A stretch of DNA of 64,000 nt from an uncultured virus (IMG/VR IMGVR_UViG_3300034105_004634) (lineage: Duplodnaviria; Heunggongvirae; Uroviricota; Caudoviricetes). The notes beneath the pieces were generated by a model, which ran no database searches, was not told the DNA's origin, and saw only the letters and a program-made list of their open reading frames with translations. Numbering within the stretch: the first letter of the stretch is position 1; each line of letters opens with the position of its first letter. Below, in pieces: positions 41,227 to 51,499 of the stretch. The stretch lies in IMG/VR virus record IMGVR_UViG_3300034105_004634; one strand, written 5' to 3'. The position numbers and the translations under genes are program-made.

Positions 41227-41967
41227 TTATTTTCTAAACCAGTTAATCATACCATCCCAAAAAGCATCACCGTGGTTAATGGATCCATATCTTTTATATT
41301 CTTCCACATCGCTTTCCTCCATTTCGCGGTCCTCCCTAGGTCCAAGATCCTCCGCTGGGGTTCTTCGCTCCTCGTATATTTTCCACCATCTATCAGCTGG
41401 TATTTTTTCATAATCAGGATAAACCCAAATTTCTCCTGGAGCAGATCCGGTTCTGATTGTTGCGGGTAACCCATAATAGTAAATCTTTCTACCGTTATCA
41501 TTTTCAGGATTTATAAAATCATAAACGTGATATAGTAGTTTCTCCGTCATGACATGGGCATTCGCAAGTGCTGAAGCAAGATTGGAATTAGACATAGTAT
41601 AAACATGCTTACCGTTTGCATAAATCTCGCAAAGTCCATGGCTGTTAATTCTCCATTCACCATGCTTGTGCTTAGTGCTATTTCTTTGTTTGTAGCGTAT
41701 CTCCCAACACGTTCTATGCACACCGCGGTCGATATACGGAACTAATTCCCTCTCCTCGTTTACTTCCGTTGAATAATCAAGCCACCATTCGCACGGTTCA
41801 CCGTTATCCTTTCCGTATTGGTGTTCATATCCATCAACCCTATAAACACCATGAGGTTTATCGTTTATGTAGATATCAAAGATCTTATGCACACCATAGA
41901 ATCTACCATTTTCAGTTCTGCCGTATTTCTTCTTTGCTTCCTCTAGTGTTAAATGCTTTTCTTCCAT
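41227..41967 (-). CDS. hypothetical protein
   Basis: 246-aa ORF. Confidence 0.55.
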   Translation of the reverse strand: MEEKHLTLEEAKKKYGRTENGRFYGVHKIFDIYINDKPHGVYRVDGYEHQYGKDNGEPCEWWLDYSTEVNEERELVPYIDRGVHRTCWEIRYKQRNSTKHKHGEWRINSHGLCEIYANGKHVYTMSNSNLASALANAHVMTEKLLYHVYDFINPENDNGRKIYYYGLPATIRTGSAPGEIWVYPDYEKIPADRWWKIYEERRTPAEDLGPREDREMEESDVEEYKRYGSINHGDAFWDGMINWFRK

Positions 41968-42350
41968 TATATCAATTTTACTTCGAACCTATCTTCCATT
42001 TGGTCTAATTTTTCTTCAGGAACACCGTGGGAATTTTCACCTCCGTGTCTATTTTCAACTATCAATGAATGAACTCTGTATCCGTACTTTGCAGCTAGAT
42101 CATAGTATGGTTGCATTTCCCATTCCTGAGTAAATGTGTTTGATACTGCCACATTGTACCCTTTCTTCATCCATTCCTCAGTTTTATTTTTACACCATTC
42201 ATGCGCTTCCCTTAGTTTGGAAGCATCAAATTTATAATCACCATCCTCTAAAAAAAACATATCAGCCTCAACGTGTTGATTACATATTAATTTTGATAAT
42301 GTTGATTTACCGCTTCCTGGTAATCCCCTGGTTAGTATCAGTTCTTTCAT
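41967..42350 (-). CDS. P-loop polynucleotide kinase-like protein (AAA_33)
   Basis: RGLPGSGKST, EAD.F, SNTF and HGVP motifs. Confidence 0.8.
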   Translation of the reverse strand: MKELILTRGLPGSGKSTLSKLICNQHVEADMFFLEDGDYKFDASKLREAHEWCKNKTEEWMKKGYNVAVSNTFTQEWEMQPYYDLAAKYGYRVHSLIVENRHGGENSHGVPEEKLDQMEDRFEVKLI

Positions 42351-42351
42351 A

Positions 42352-42996
42352 TTATTCTTCGTCTGTGTGATGATCCTTTGGTAATGATAAATGCATCTTT
42401 GGTCTTCCCTCCAATGCCTTCAATATGTCATTCAATGAATATGGCTTGTAGTTGTTTCCATCCACGCCAACATCCATTGCTCTTCCTTTGTGTATCTTTA
42501 AATGTCCAGGAAGATGAACATGTCCATGTAAATGAGGATATCCCTTCCCGAGTCCATCCCAGCTTGCAATTGGAAAATGACAGCATTCAAATGTGTATTT
42601 CATAGTTTCCTTTCCTTGCGGTACCCTAAGCTCGACAGTTTCAAGCTTATTAACACTGGCAAAAAGATCCCTTACATTCTCCCTATTATTAGCTATATGG
42701 TGGTCGTGGTTACCAAGAAAAAGATGTATGGTTTTACAATTTATTCTGTTTCTAAATTCAGCTATAGATTCAAACCCACCAAAACTCCAATCTCCTAAGT
42801 GAATTAGTACATCATCCGGACCAACCGCTGCATTAAGCTCGTATACTAGTCTATCGTTCATTTCATTGAGTGAATTGAATTTTCTAGTTCCCCTTCCTGC
42901 CGGCCACTTGCTAGTAGCACTACAAATGTTAGAGTGGGAATAATGTGAATCAGAGCTAAGCCAGATCTTTTGTTGCTTTTCTAATATTATTTTCAT
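42352..42996 (-). CDS. calcineurin-like metallophosphoesterase
   Basis: SDSH, LGD, GNHD and HGHVH motifs. Confidence 0.88.
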   Translation of the reverse strand: MKIILEKQQKIWLSSDSHYSHSNICSATSKWPAGRGTRKFNSLNEMNDRLVYELNAAVGPDDVLIHLGDWSFGGFESIAEFRNRINCKTIHLFLGNHDHHIANNRENVRDLFASVNKLETVELRVPQGKETMKYTFECCHFPIASWDGLGKGYPHLHGHVHLPGHLKIHKGRAMDVGVDGNNYKPYSLNDILKALEGRPKMHLSLPKDHHTDEE

Positions 42997-43774
42997 TGGT
43001 ATTTATATTCTCCCTTAATTATTATGGATTTTTTCCCGTCCAGTTTAAATTTTCTCATCATCTTTATAGCTAAATCGTCGAAGCCATAGAAATTTCCATA
43101 GTCATTTATACCATGGCACCCTGGGTGAAAATCCCAAAAATTACCCTCAGTTATGATCTTTTCGTCCATCGATACTCTTGCCATATCGCAAGATCTATCA
43201 ACCAATATTGAGATTATAATTTCTTTTTCCTCCATTATTGATTATAGTTTTTATCCATTAATCCATTATACGTAAGAAGTCCTATTAGCCAATAGATATT
43301 AAGATCTTCACTGAACATGTGTCCCTGGTCCATCTCGACACAATAGTGATCATCATCGACTACAACCTCGCAGTATTCATTAAAGAACCCACGTCCATTA
43401 TCCTCGAATCCATTTTTGCATAGGAGCTCACCTACTTTTGCCCTAACCTTATGGCTTATTACTTCTTCCATTTTCTAGCCTTATTAAAGATTCTTTCCAC
43501 CCTAGCTTTTAGCGTGTAATATTCAGGGGTTTCCACTCTACGAACAAAGTCAGCCTTCTGTTTAGCACTTAATAAATCAAAGCCGTACCAATTATCAATA
43601 TATGTTATCGCCTGACTCAATCCCAGATTACTTAATCTCCTACCGAGTAATCTAACAAATTCATCGGATGACAATTTTGTATATTGGCCCAGCGATTCTA
43701 TTTTTGGTTTAATTTCCTTTTTACTTCCTATTTTATTATTCAGTAAAAAAAATGGAATTGGTGATATCATAATT

Positions 43775-44737
43775 CTATTTATTAGGTGTTTTTATTGAGT
43801 TGTTCCAGAATGGTTTTTCATATTCAGGCCTTATTTGGTTCCAAATCAATCCCGAATAATCTGAACCATTATTGTGTGAAAGAAGGTAACCCCTTAATCT
43901 GTGATTTTTAACAAGTTCGAAGAATTCTTTATTATATGCTCTTAGCACTGAAGAATCGCGATCAAGTCTTTCTTCCTCAGTTGGTGTTTGACTTTTAACC
44001 TTCTTTATCAATAATTTATACTCAGCCTTTACGCTAGCATCTATGAAATTGAAATTAGTCTGTAGATCCTGCTCGATATTAGTTATCCATGCATCATACT
44101 CGTCAGGCACATCCTTCATTAGAGATCTATAATCCTTACCATCCCTCAACGAAGACCATATATCTAAGTTGGAAAATTGTGTCATAAGACCATGCAATCT
44201 AACGTATTCATCTCCTTTAGCCTTCACTCTTGTCCCATCAGAGAACCTTATAACGAACCCCTCCTGATTGTCGCCAATTAGAGATTTAATCTTATCGAGA
44301 TCCTTTATTCCATCATATCTTTTAGCACATTCGAATCCTGTTCTTTCGGCAAGAGATTTAAGTTCATTATATGGTGTTTCCCTGCCGCAATCATTCTTGA
44401 ATGCACCAAGAAGTACAAGTTTTTCTTCGTCACCGTAGTGACAGACGATCCTGTTTTTGGCGTAGATAATTTCAAAAAGAAATGTAAATTTCTCCGAGAA
44501 AACCCCCTTATAAGTTTCGTTCCTTTTCAGTATCTCCTTTGCGTAATCAGCGACATCCGAATAGAAAGATCCTTGAGTTGCTAGATGCCATTCCTCTCCG
44601 TAATTAAATAAAATACCAAGAGAATTATGAACAACTATACCATTTGCCAAAAAATTGTTATTTTTTTCAACCTCTATATCATATCTTTTAGAATTTGATT
44701 CTATTTTTTTAATAGATTTAATTTTTACTATTCTCAT
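43775..44737 (-). CDS. split-intein C-half (38 aa) fused to the RNA ligase 1 C-extein
   Basis: YDIEV..N.NF.ANG.VVHN/S intein blocks F/G, then SLGI..ATQGSF, FEII, EGFV and K.K...Y..LH ligase motifs. Confidence 0.88.
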   Translation of the reverse strand: MRIVKIKSIKKIESNSKRYDIEVEKNNNFLANGIVVHNSLGILFNYGEEWHLATQGSFYSDVADYAKEILKRNETYKGVFSEKFTFLFEIIYAKNRIVCHYGDEEKLVLLGAFKNDCGRETPYNELKSLAERTGFECAKRYDGIKDLDKIKSLIGDNQEGFVIRFSDGTRVKAKGDEYVRLHGLMTQFSNLDIWSSLRDGKDYRSLMKDVPDEYDAWITNIEQDLQTNFNFIDASVKAEYKLLIKKVKSQTPTEEERLDRDSSVLRAYNKEFFELVKNHRLRGYLLSHNNGSDYSGLIWNQIRPEYEKPFWNNSIKTPNK

Positions 44738-45791
44738 ATAACTTATTTATTATAAAAAATTCAAGATTACCTGCTTTTTTTTCCCTTTTAATCTCATCCT
44801 CCCATATGGTAATGACCTTATATCCATATTTTTCAGCCAAAGCTATTTTTTCAATGTCTCTATCCCATACGGAGGAAGCCGTAACTTGACCAATACCAGG
44901 ATAATTTATAAAATCTGTACCACTGTATTTATTTGGGTTTGCATGCCAATAATCACCATTTATTTCAATTATTAAATTCGTAAACCTTATTAAAATATCA
45001 TAGCTTTTACCTCCAATAAATCTTTGAGGATCATAAATTATCATATTATTATCTAGTATATTACGAACAGTAATTTCCAAACCAGAAACTAAATTAAAAT
45101 TCCTATTTATCCTTTCCTCCTTTTCTAAATCACTTAATCCTTTCCACCAACCAATCATTGCTTCCGAATGCTTTTTCCTGTTTTTATCTAGCTTAGAAAC
45201 ATTAGTAACACCATATTTTTCAAGGGATGTATTTTTTATTTTTTTTTCTATTTCTTCCCATTTTCCTGGAGTAAATTTTTTTCTGGAATCTGATATTTTT
45301 TCTGGATTTGTTGTTCTTAATTTTCCATATTTTACTAGCATTAGGTTATTTAGATATTCCTTAAAATGTGTGGTCTTGTATATGTTATCAACGCCGTAAT
45401 TTTCTATAAATGTTTTTCTTTTTTTATCTTTTATAACATCAGATTTGCTAGGATTATCAACTCCATATATTTTAATTGATGTTTCCTTTCTTTGCTCAAT
45501 GCACTTTTCTGAATTTGTTGAATCCGATAGACTCCTTTTTTTTATATTCATTATTTCGAATACTTCCAGAGATACCTTATATGGTATTGAATACTTTTTT
45601 TTTAGATCGGGTAAAGACATAAATTTGTCAACATAATCGGATATTAAATGGGTTACCTTTAAATTATAATTAAGCTCAACCATTGCTATGTACGAATCAT
45701 CCCGACTGATTTCACTATTACATTTGTATAAATGCTTTCTTGCTGAAAATTTGCATCCACAAAATGGACAAATCTTATTCTTTGCGTTCAT
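44718..45791 (-). mobile_element. free-standing endonuclease (Vsr/DUF559-like) between the intein halves
   Basis: YGVDN repeats; YD..I...IIEINGDYWH and D..K...A...GY.V..IWE motifs. Confidence 0.8.
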
Positions 45792-45838
45792 GTTTTTATT
45801 TTATATATCATAGCCAGCATAATTTTTGAAAAATTGGA

Positions 45839-46414
45839 TTAATCATTCTTATCAAAAAATATAAGTTTTTCAGATCCATTTAGCTCATCTACTCTAATAT
45901 ATGATTTTGAATCAACAGACCATATTTTATGATTGCCGGTCAGCTTTAAGACAGATCCACTATACGTTTCTATTTCGTACCAATCATTGGAATTATCAAG
46001 TATACTAGATCCTAGAACCCTATTATATTCAAAGGTCCCATCCAAAATATTAAATGACATAACCATCCCAGTGTATTTGGAATCGCAAATTTCCTTTATT
46101 GTCATTTCGCCACATTCAGTTAAAACCAGAGTTTCCTCGTGGCAGCATCCATCTAATTTTTCAAAGACCTCAAATGGGAGATTTGGAAAATTATCGGATT
46201 CAATATTGAAAAACTTAGGGAATGTTTTAGCCACAACGTTTCCTTCCGTGTCAAGCACAGTACCCCGCATATTCATCGTGATATTGTCCCATGTCCATTC
46301 GAACTGACAATTTCTAGAATATTTATATAGTGCTATAGGAAGTTCTTTATGCTCGCATTTATCAAGAAGTCCTTTGGCTACATATTCGTTAATGGTTTCA
46401 ATATTATATTTCAT
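45839..46414 (-). CDS. RNA ligase 1 N-extein (89 aa) fused to the split-intein N-half (102 aa)
   Basis: KFFN...EKLDG then C-CHEET.V (block A) and LKLTGNHKI (block B TxxH). Confidence 0.88.
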   Translation of the reverse strand: MKYNIETINEYVAKGLLDKCEHKELPIALYKYSRNCQFEWTWDNITMNMRGTVLDTEGNVVAKTFPKFFNIESDNFPNLPFEVFEKLDGCCHEETLVLTECGEMTIKEICDSKYTGMVMSFNILDGTFEYNRVLGSSILDNSNDWYEIETYSGSVLKLTGNHKIWSVDSKSYIRVDELNGSEKLIFFDKND

Positions 46415-46940
46415 TTTTTCCTAATTTTTCTTCTATGTATGACGCTATGCCTATAACCGATTCTGAATCTATCCAGTTATACGAAACCCCATTAAAGACA
46501 ACTGAAAAATCTCCATCAGACCAATCATAAATTGCTTCATCAAAAGTTTCTATTGTTATAGTTTCTTCATCAAGACTCTTGAGTATTTCTCTTATTATGG
46601 GAGATTTGGAAACTCTATCACCAGTTTTTGGTCCAAAATAAAATTTAAGTCCAGATGCTCCACTTCTTAATATAAGATGAAGATCCGAATAATCATTCAC
46701 TTCCTTGTAATGATCAACTATGTAGATTTTAGCAGCTGTCACGAGTGAATTTTGAGCCACCCATAGTTTGCTATTATTATCCTGAAAATCCATCTCTGCA
46801 TATTCCCTGGTCGATCTTATATAATCTAATGCTCTTTTTTCAGCCTCTGTTAGCTCCTTATCCATTAATTTTATTTTTATGTTGCAAATGTAATAAATTC
46901 TTTCGCAATATAAAAATAATTTATTAAAATTTATTAAAAT

Positions 46941-46968
46941 AAAAAACCCAATCGATCGATTGGGTTTT
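46941..46968. terminator. intrinsic terminator
   Basis: aaaacccaatcg/cgattgggtttt. Confidence 0.7.
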
Positions 46969-46983
46969 AAAGGTTTTTATATT

Positions 46984-48426
46984 TTAGAATCTTTTAAGCA
47001 CGTATAGCTTTTTACTAGACCTGGTGTAGGATGTGTAAAGTATCCTGTTTCTTTCAACTATATTATAATTTTGATTTATATCATCTTCCAGTACAAATGT
47101 CGTATTATAAGTGCTTCCTTGCGATTTATGTGCGGTAGTACAGTATCCAAAATTTACATCAGCAAAGTTTCTTAGAAAGTCGTAATAGTCTATCCAACTT
47201 CTGTCCCTTCCTTTTTTCTCTATTGCTTTTAGTTTAAGTAGATTTGCAATTTTAGTAAATTCAATCTCGCTATCCTCATGCAGAATTTCAATCGACGTTT
47301 TCTCTATTTCGTCATCATCATTCAAATACGTAACAACAGCATCATAGAATTTAAGCTTAACTTCAATGACGGGGGAGAATGTTTTGAGAACCATATTCTT
47401 CTCTTTAATCTTGGTTGATTCCACTGAAAATTCATCATTAGTGTTAAAGAGTATAAGATTTCCCTGTATGATTATTGGCGTGTTGGCAATCAATTTTTCA
47501 CCAACTAGAATTTTAGTCCTACTCTCCTCCTCTCCAAATATGATTCGTCTAACGACGTTATTCATGCTAGTAACGGTTTTATTTCTCCAAGCTATAATCT
47601 TACAGTATTCGGAATCATTCTTGAACTCATCGGATCTAAAATACTTGGAAAGAATTTCACTAAATCCTCTTCTGGTATCGGAATCATTAAGATTTAAAAA
47701 TTCCACACCCTCACCATCCGTATTTAATGAGGTGACTGGTGCTACAGGATTTTTTTCTGACCAAAGATCCTTCCTAATCTTAACTGACGATTCAATTATG
47801 GCATTACCTTCTTTCTGTCTCATGATCTTTTTGAGCTGCAATGTCTTGATACCATAAGTATCTGCCAATTCGTCTCTAAATGGAATACAGTCTGGTTTAC
47901 CTACAGGTGGAATTTGTGCAGGATCGCCCATGCAGATAATTTTTAGTTTATCTCTATATTTTAGAACTTCATGGAAAAGCTCATCGTTGAGCATTGAAAC
48001 CTCATCTATGATTAGGAGTTTAATTGAAGTGATCTGTGGTTTGAAATTTTTCTCCTGGTTAACAAAAACCTGTTGTCCGTCATTAGTTATCTTCTCAGTT
48101 AGTCCAAGAAGTTTGTGTATGGTCTGAAAGGTTACTCTAGGATTTTTAAGGTTGCTGGTTTTCTTGATAACTCTAACTGACTTGTTTGTAGGTCCAGTCA
48201 CAGCTATTTTATACCAAGCACTCTTAGGATGAACCACTTCCAAAATGTATCTAACTAGTACACTTATACAGAAGGTCTTACCTGTACCTGCCCAACCTTT
48301 TAAAACAAAAACATTTTCATCGTCTCTATCGCATATAAAATCCCTCAATTCCTCAAAAGCTTCCCTCTGATCTGAATTTAGAACATCTACATCAACTATT
48401 GGTTTTTTCTTTTTCTTTGTGGCCAT
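46984..48426 (-). CDS. dda: SF1B DNA helicase (Dda/RecD-like)
   Basis: GWAGTGKT, IDEVSM, GDPAQIPPV and TAHKSQGSTY motifs. Confidence 0.85.
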   Translation of the reverse strand: MATKKKKKPIVDVDVLNSDQREAFEELRDFICDRDDENVFVLKGWAGTGKTFCISVLVRYILEVVHPKSAWYKIAVTGPTNKSVRVIKKTSNLKNPRVTFQTIHKLLGLTEKITNDGQQVFVNQEKNFKPQITSIKLLIIDEVSMLNDELFHEVLKYRDKLKIICMGDPAQIPPVGKPDCIPFRDELADTYGIKTLQLKKIMRQKEGNAIIESSVKIRKDLWSEKNPVAPVTSLNTDGEGVEFLNLNDSDTRRGFSEILSKYFRSDEFKNDSEYCKIIAWRNKTVTSMNNVVRRIIFGEEESRTKILVGEKLIANTPIIIQGNLILFNTNDEFSVESTKIKEKNMVLKTFSPVIEVKLKFYDAVVTYLNDDDEIEKTSIEILHEDSEIEFTKIANLLKLKAIEKKGRDRSWIDYYDFLRNFADVNFGYCTTAHKSQGSTYNTTFVLEDDINQNYNIVERNRILYTSYTRSSKKLYVLKRF

Positions 48427-48508
48427 TTATACTAGTAAATCTTTACGTATATTTATAAAATTAATTTCATCTTTGAAGAAAAATAGACAACTAAATATAG
48501 TTTTTAAA

Positions 48509-49192
48509 TTAGTCATCATTCTTAATAAAAACAGGACGCTGGATTTTCATAAAATGACTAATATTGCAATAATGATAAACAACATCATCCGCACCATAGT
48601 AATTATCATGACCATCAGGTTGGGCAAGTATTGGGATTTTAAATTCATCATCCTCCAATATTATCCATATAGGTTCCAAATTTTTGGAATGCTCCGTTAT
48701 CTCGTGGTCCGAAATAACCTCAATCCAATCACCATTCATAGCACCCGTTTGGTCCGATGTCACATTCGCTTTTTTCTCCTCGTTAAGCTTAGTTTCTCGT
48801 TTTTTATAATCCGATAATGATTTGAAAACTTTGAGATTCCATTCTCCGTATGTTCCAGCAACAAGATCTGTAAATTCACCCCACTTAACAACGTGAGGTT
48901 CGTCCGTTCCAATTTCACCCTCCCATTGAGTTGCTAGATATGTGTAACCCATTGCTCCCCTTCTATGCTCAGCATATATTAGTGTTGCTTTGGTTACAAT
49001 AATACCTGTTTCCTCCAATGTTTCCCTAATAGCAGCGGATTTTTTGCTCTCGTCCGATTTTTCTATTTTACCACCGGGTAAACCAAAGTCATTATGATCT
49101 TCCTTTCTGCTAACACAAAGTACTTGTCCATTCCCGTTCAATACGACAACGTGTGCGTTTGATTTTTTTCTTGCCATCTCTATATCTTGCAA
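48509..49192 (-). CDS. Nudix hydrolase with an extra C-terminal region
   Basis: Nudix box GGKIE..DE....AAIRETLEETG. Confidence 0.82.
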   Translation of the reverse strand: MQDIEMARKKSNAHVVVLNGNGQVLCVSRKEDHNDFGLPGGKIEKSDESKKSAAIRETLEETGIIVTKATLIYAEHRRGAMGYTYLATQWEGEIGTDEPHVVKWGEFTDLVAGTYGEWNLKVFKSLSDYKKRETKLNEEKKANVTSDQTGAMNGDWIEVISDHEITEHSKNLEPIWIILEDDEFKIPILAQPDGHDNYYGADDVVYHYCNISHFMKIQRPVFIKNDD

Positions 49193-49464
49193 ATTGTTTT
49201 TGTTGCTTCTTTTACGTCTATTGGATCCTTAATTTGGACATCATTGAATGTTTCTATCCAAACTTTAGCACCACACGATAGGGGAGTTTCTGGAGAATAA
49301 ATTATTCTTGCTGCTTCCCTCCCATCCTGATCAAATATAATTATATCATTGGAATATTTATTACCCTTATAGCTTTTACAAGTTAGCACAGGTCTATTCT
49401 CACCCTTAGCATTGGCTTTTATATTGTGCTGATTAACGTGTATGATTGTTTTTGCCTTTCTCAT
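49180..49464 (-). CDS. hypothetical phage protein
   Basis: IIHVNQH and PLSCGAKVWIET; promoter ends 2 nt before the ATG. Confidence 0.6.
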   Translation of the reverse strand: MRKAKTIIHVNQHNIKANAKGENRPVLTCKSYKGNKYSNDIIIFDQDGREAARIIYSPETPLSCGAKVWIETFNDVQIKDPIDVKEATKTICKI

Positions 49465-49554
49465 ATTGCAAAGGTATGAAAAGGTTGCGAATAAAAAAAT
49501 AAATTTGGATTTATTTATAATAATTATTAAAATAAGACCTTCTAGGGGCTTATT

Positions 49555-50211
49555 TTATGTACCATATTCTTTATAGAATATCTTTCCGTTGAAATTGGAT
49601 TCTAATAATTTATGTAGAGCTATTGGATCTTGATTATCAAGAAATTTATGATATTCAATTCCTATATATTTGAACTTATTGAGCTTATCTAATATTGTAG
49701 GAATTATTGCATACTCACCACCTTCGCAATCTATCTTTAAGTATGTGCAACCATCCGTTATATACTTATCTACTGTTTCAGTTTTACATGGGGACATTGG
49801 GTTAGTATGATAAAATGCGGATGATCCCCCGGTATTATACACTGGAGTACCTATTAAGATCTCGCCATCCTCAACATCCGTTATCGCTGTATTGTGTAGT
49901 TCAATATCGGATAAGGATAACCCATTCATAAGGATATTCATTTTGAACTGTTCAAAGTTTGATAACACAGGCTCAAATGCAATAACTCTGCATCCAAACT
50001 TCTTCCTAGCATATATAGAAAACATTCCTACATTAGCACCTATATCTAGAACAATGTCATTCACAGATAATTTAATTTGTTCTAATCCATAGTAGTCCGA
50101 TTGTAGTTCACCAAAAACAAAGGGAACAGTGTTTGATGTAGATATATCCTCAAATTTTAGTTCAATATCTCCTACGTTATTGGTCCAGGTATATTTCATA
50201 ATTTCTGTCAT
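49555..50211 (-). CDS. FkbM-family methyltransferase
   Basis: VLDIGANVG, AFEP and LKIDCEGGE motifs. Confidence 0.85.
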   Translation of the reverse strand: MTEIMKYTWTNNVGDIELKFEDISTSNTVPFVFGELQSDYYGLEQIKLSVNDIVLDIGANVGMFSIYARKKFGCRVIAFEPVLSNFEQFKMNILMNGLSLSDIELHNTAITDVEDGEILIGTPVYNTGGSSAFYHTNPMSPCKTETVDKYITDGCTYLKIDCEGGEYAIIPTILDKLNKFKYIGIEYHKFLDNQDPIALHKLLESNFNGKIFYKEYGT

Positions 50212-51499
50212 AGTTAAATTCGTTTTTTATTAACCTAAGTAGGTCTAAATCAGTAGTGGGCAGCATCGCATAGGGATGTTCATTAACAAAAAACTCAACA
50301 TGTAATGATTGTTCAGTTAAGAATTTACATAAAGCATCACCATCTTGTGCTCTTTTGCAATATTCTCTGAAAACCTCACCATCCTTTCCCACATTACCCT
50401 CGATGATCCGTCCAGATTTTACTATTTGAATTGCTTGATTAATAATATCAATAAGAGCCTGGGTTTCTAGATTGTTATATTTATATCTATCATAATACAA
50501 CGTTGTAACATAATATGTCCCAGCACATATCGGTTGTTCCATATATGCTGGAACCAGATGATCCTCATGTTTAGATTCCAATATTTTTAAATTACCTCTT
50601 ACACCATTTGTTTGTGTGTGCTCTATAAAACCAACATTGATATTCACTGCACCCTTCTTCATTAGCGGCACATACATCATTCCCGTTCCTGGTGCAGTTA
50701 CTTGTATATCCACATCCTGAAAATCTTTCATCTGATCTATAAATTTTGGATTTCCATGTTTTCTGTAATCATGATACCAATCAATAAACTTTATGTTGCA
50801 TACGGACGACATTATTTCTACCACATCCTTAATTACGAGTATATCTTGCTCGTTAAATCTTTTATTATTAATAATGATTATATTAGGTATATCATTGATC
50901 GGCTTATCTATGGATATATTATGTACGCTAAATATTCTTTTTTTAAATTGTTGTAAGCCGTCCCATTGTTTCCCATACATAAAAACTCCCTTATTCTGCA
51001 CTCTGTTACCTGCAAGGTCGGTACCCGCAATTAAAGTTTTAAAATGGTATACGTTATCACGGTCTAAATTTGGATATTCTAATAATTCCTGCTTGGTAAA
51101 TGTTTTAATTGTATCATACATCATATTTTCCCGCCACGACCACTCCGAAGAAAGAAAAGTGAAGGGCTCCTCGTTATAACCAAACTTTAGCATTGATAAA
51201 TAAATGGGATAAAGAACATCGAATAAGCCATGTCCTATATTTCCATACCATAGATTATCAGATAAAACAGATAGATCTATAGCTTTTATGTTCGACAGGC
51301 TTTCAATATAATCTATAAGTTGTTCTTCAGTACCGAATTTCATAATTCTTGGTTTCCATTCATACGAAATCGTAAATTTCTTCACATAGGGTAGCTGCAC
51401 ATCATTCACTGTTAAAAAATAAATGATACCGTTTATAGAATATAAATTTTTATATTCTACGCTGGTATCATTATCTGTACTTCTATATGTTGAAATCAT
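50177..51499 (-). CDS. putative glycosyltransferase (GT61-like)
   Basis: NIGH.LFD and Q......DI.V..PG.GM pattern. Confidence 0.55.
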   Translation of the reverse strand: MISTYRSTDNDTSVEYKNLYSINGIIYFLTVNDVQLPYVKKFTISYEWKPRIMKFGTEEQLIDYIESLSNIKAIDLSVLSDNLWYGNIGHGLFDVLYPIYLSMLKFGYNEEPFTFLSSEWSWRENMMYDTIKTFTKQELLEYPNLDRDNVYHFKTLIAGTDLAGNRVQNKGVFMYGKQWDGLQQFKKRIFSVHNISIDKPINDIPNIIIINNKRFNEQDILVIKDVVEIMSSVCNIKFIDWYHDYRKHGNPKFIDQMKDFQDVDIQVTAPGTGMMYVPLMKKGAVNINVGFIEHTQTNGVRGNLKILESKHEDHLVPAYMEQPICAGTYYVTTLYYDRYKYNNLETQALIDIINQAIQIVKSGRIIEGNVGKDGEVFREYCKRAQDGDALCKFLTEQSLHVEFFVNEHPYAMLPTTDLDLLRLIKNEFNYDRNYEIYLDQ

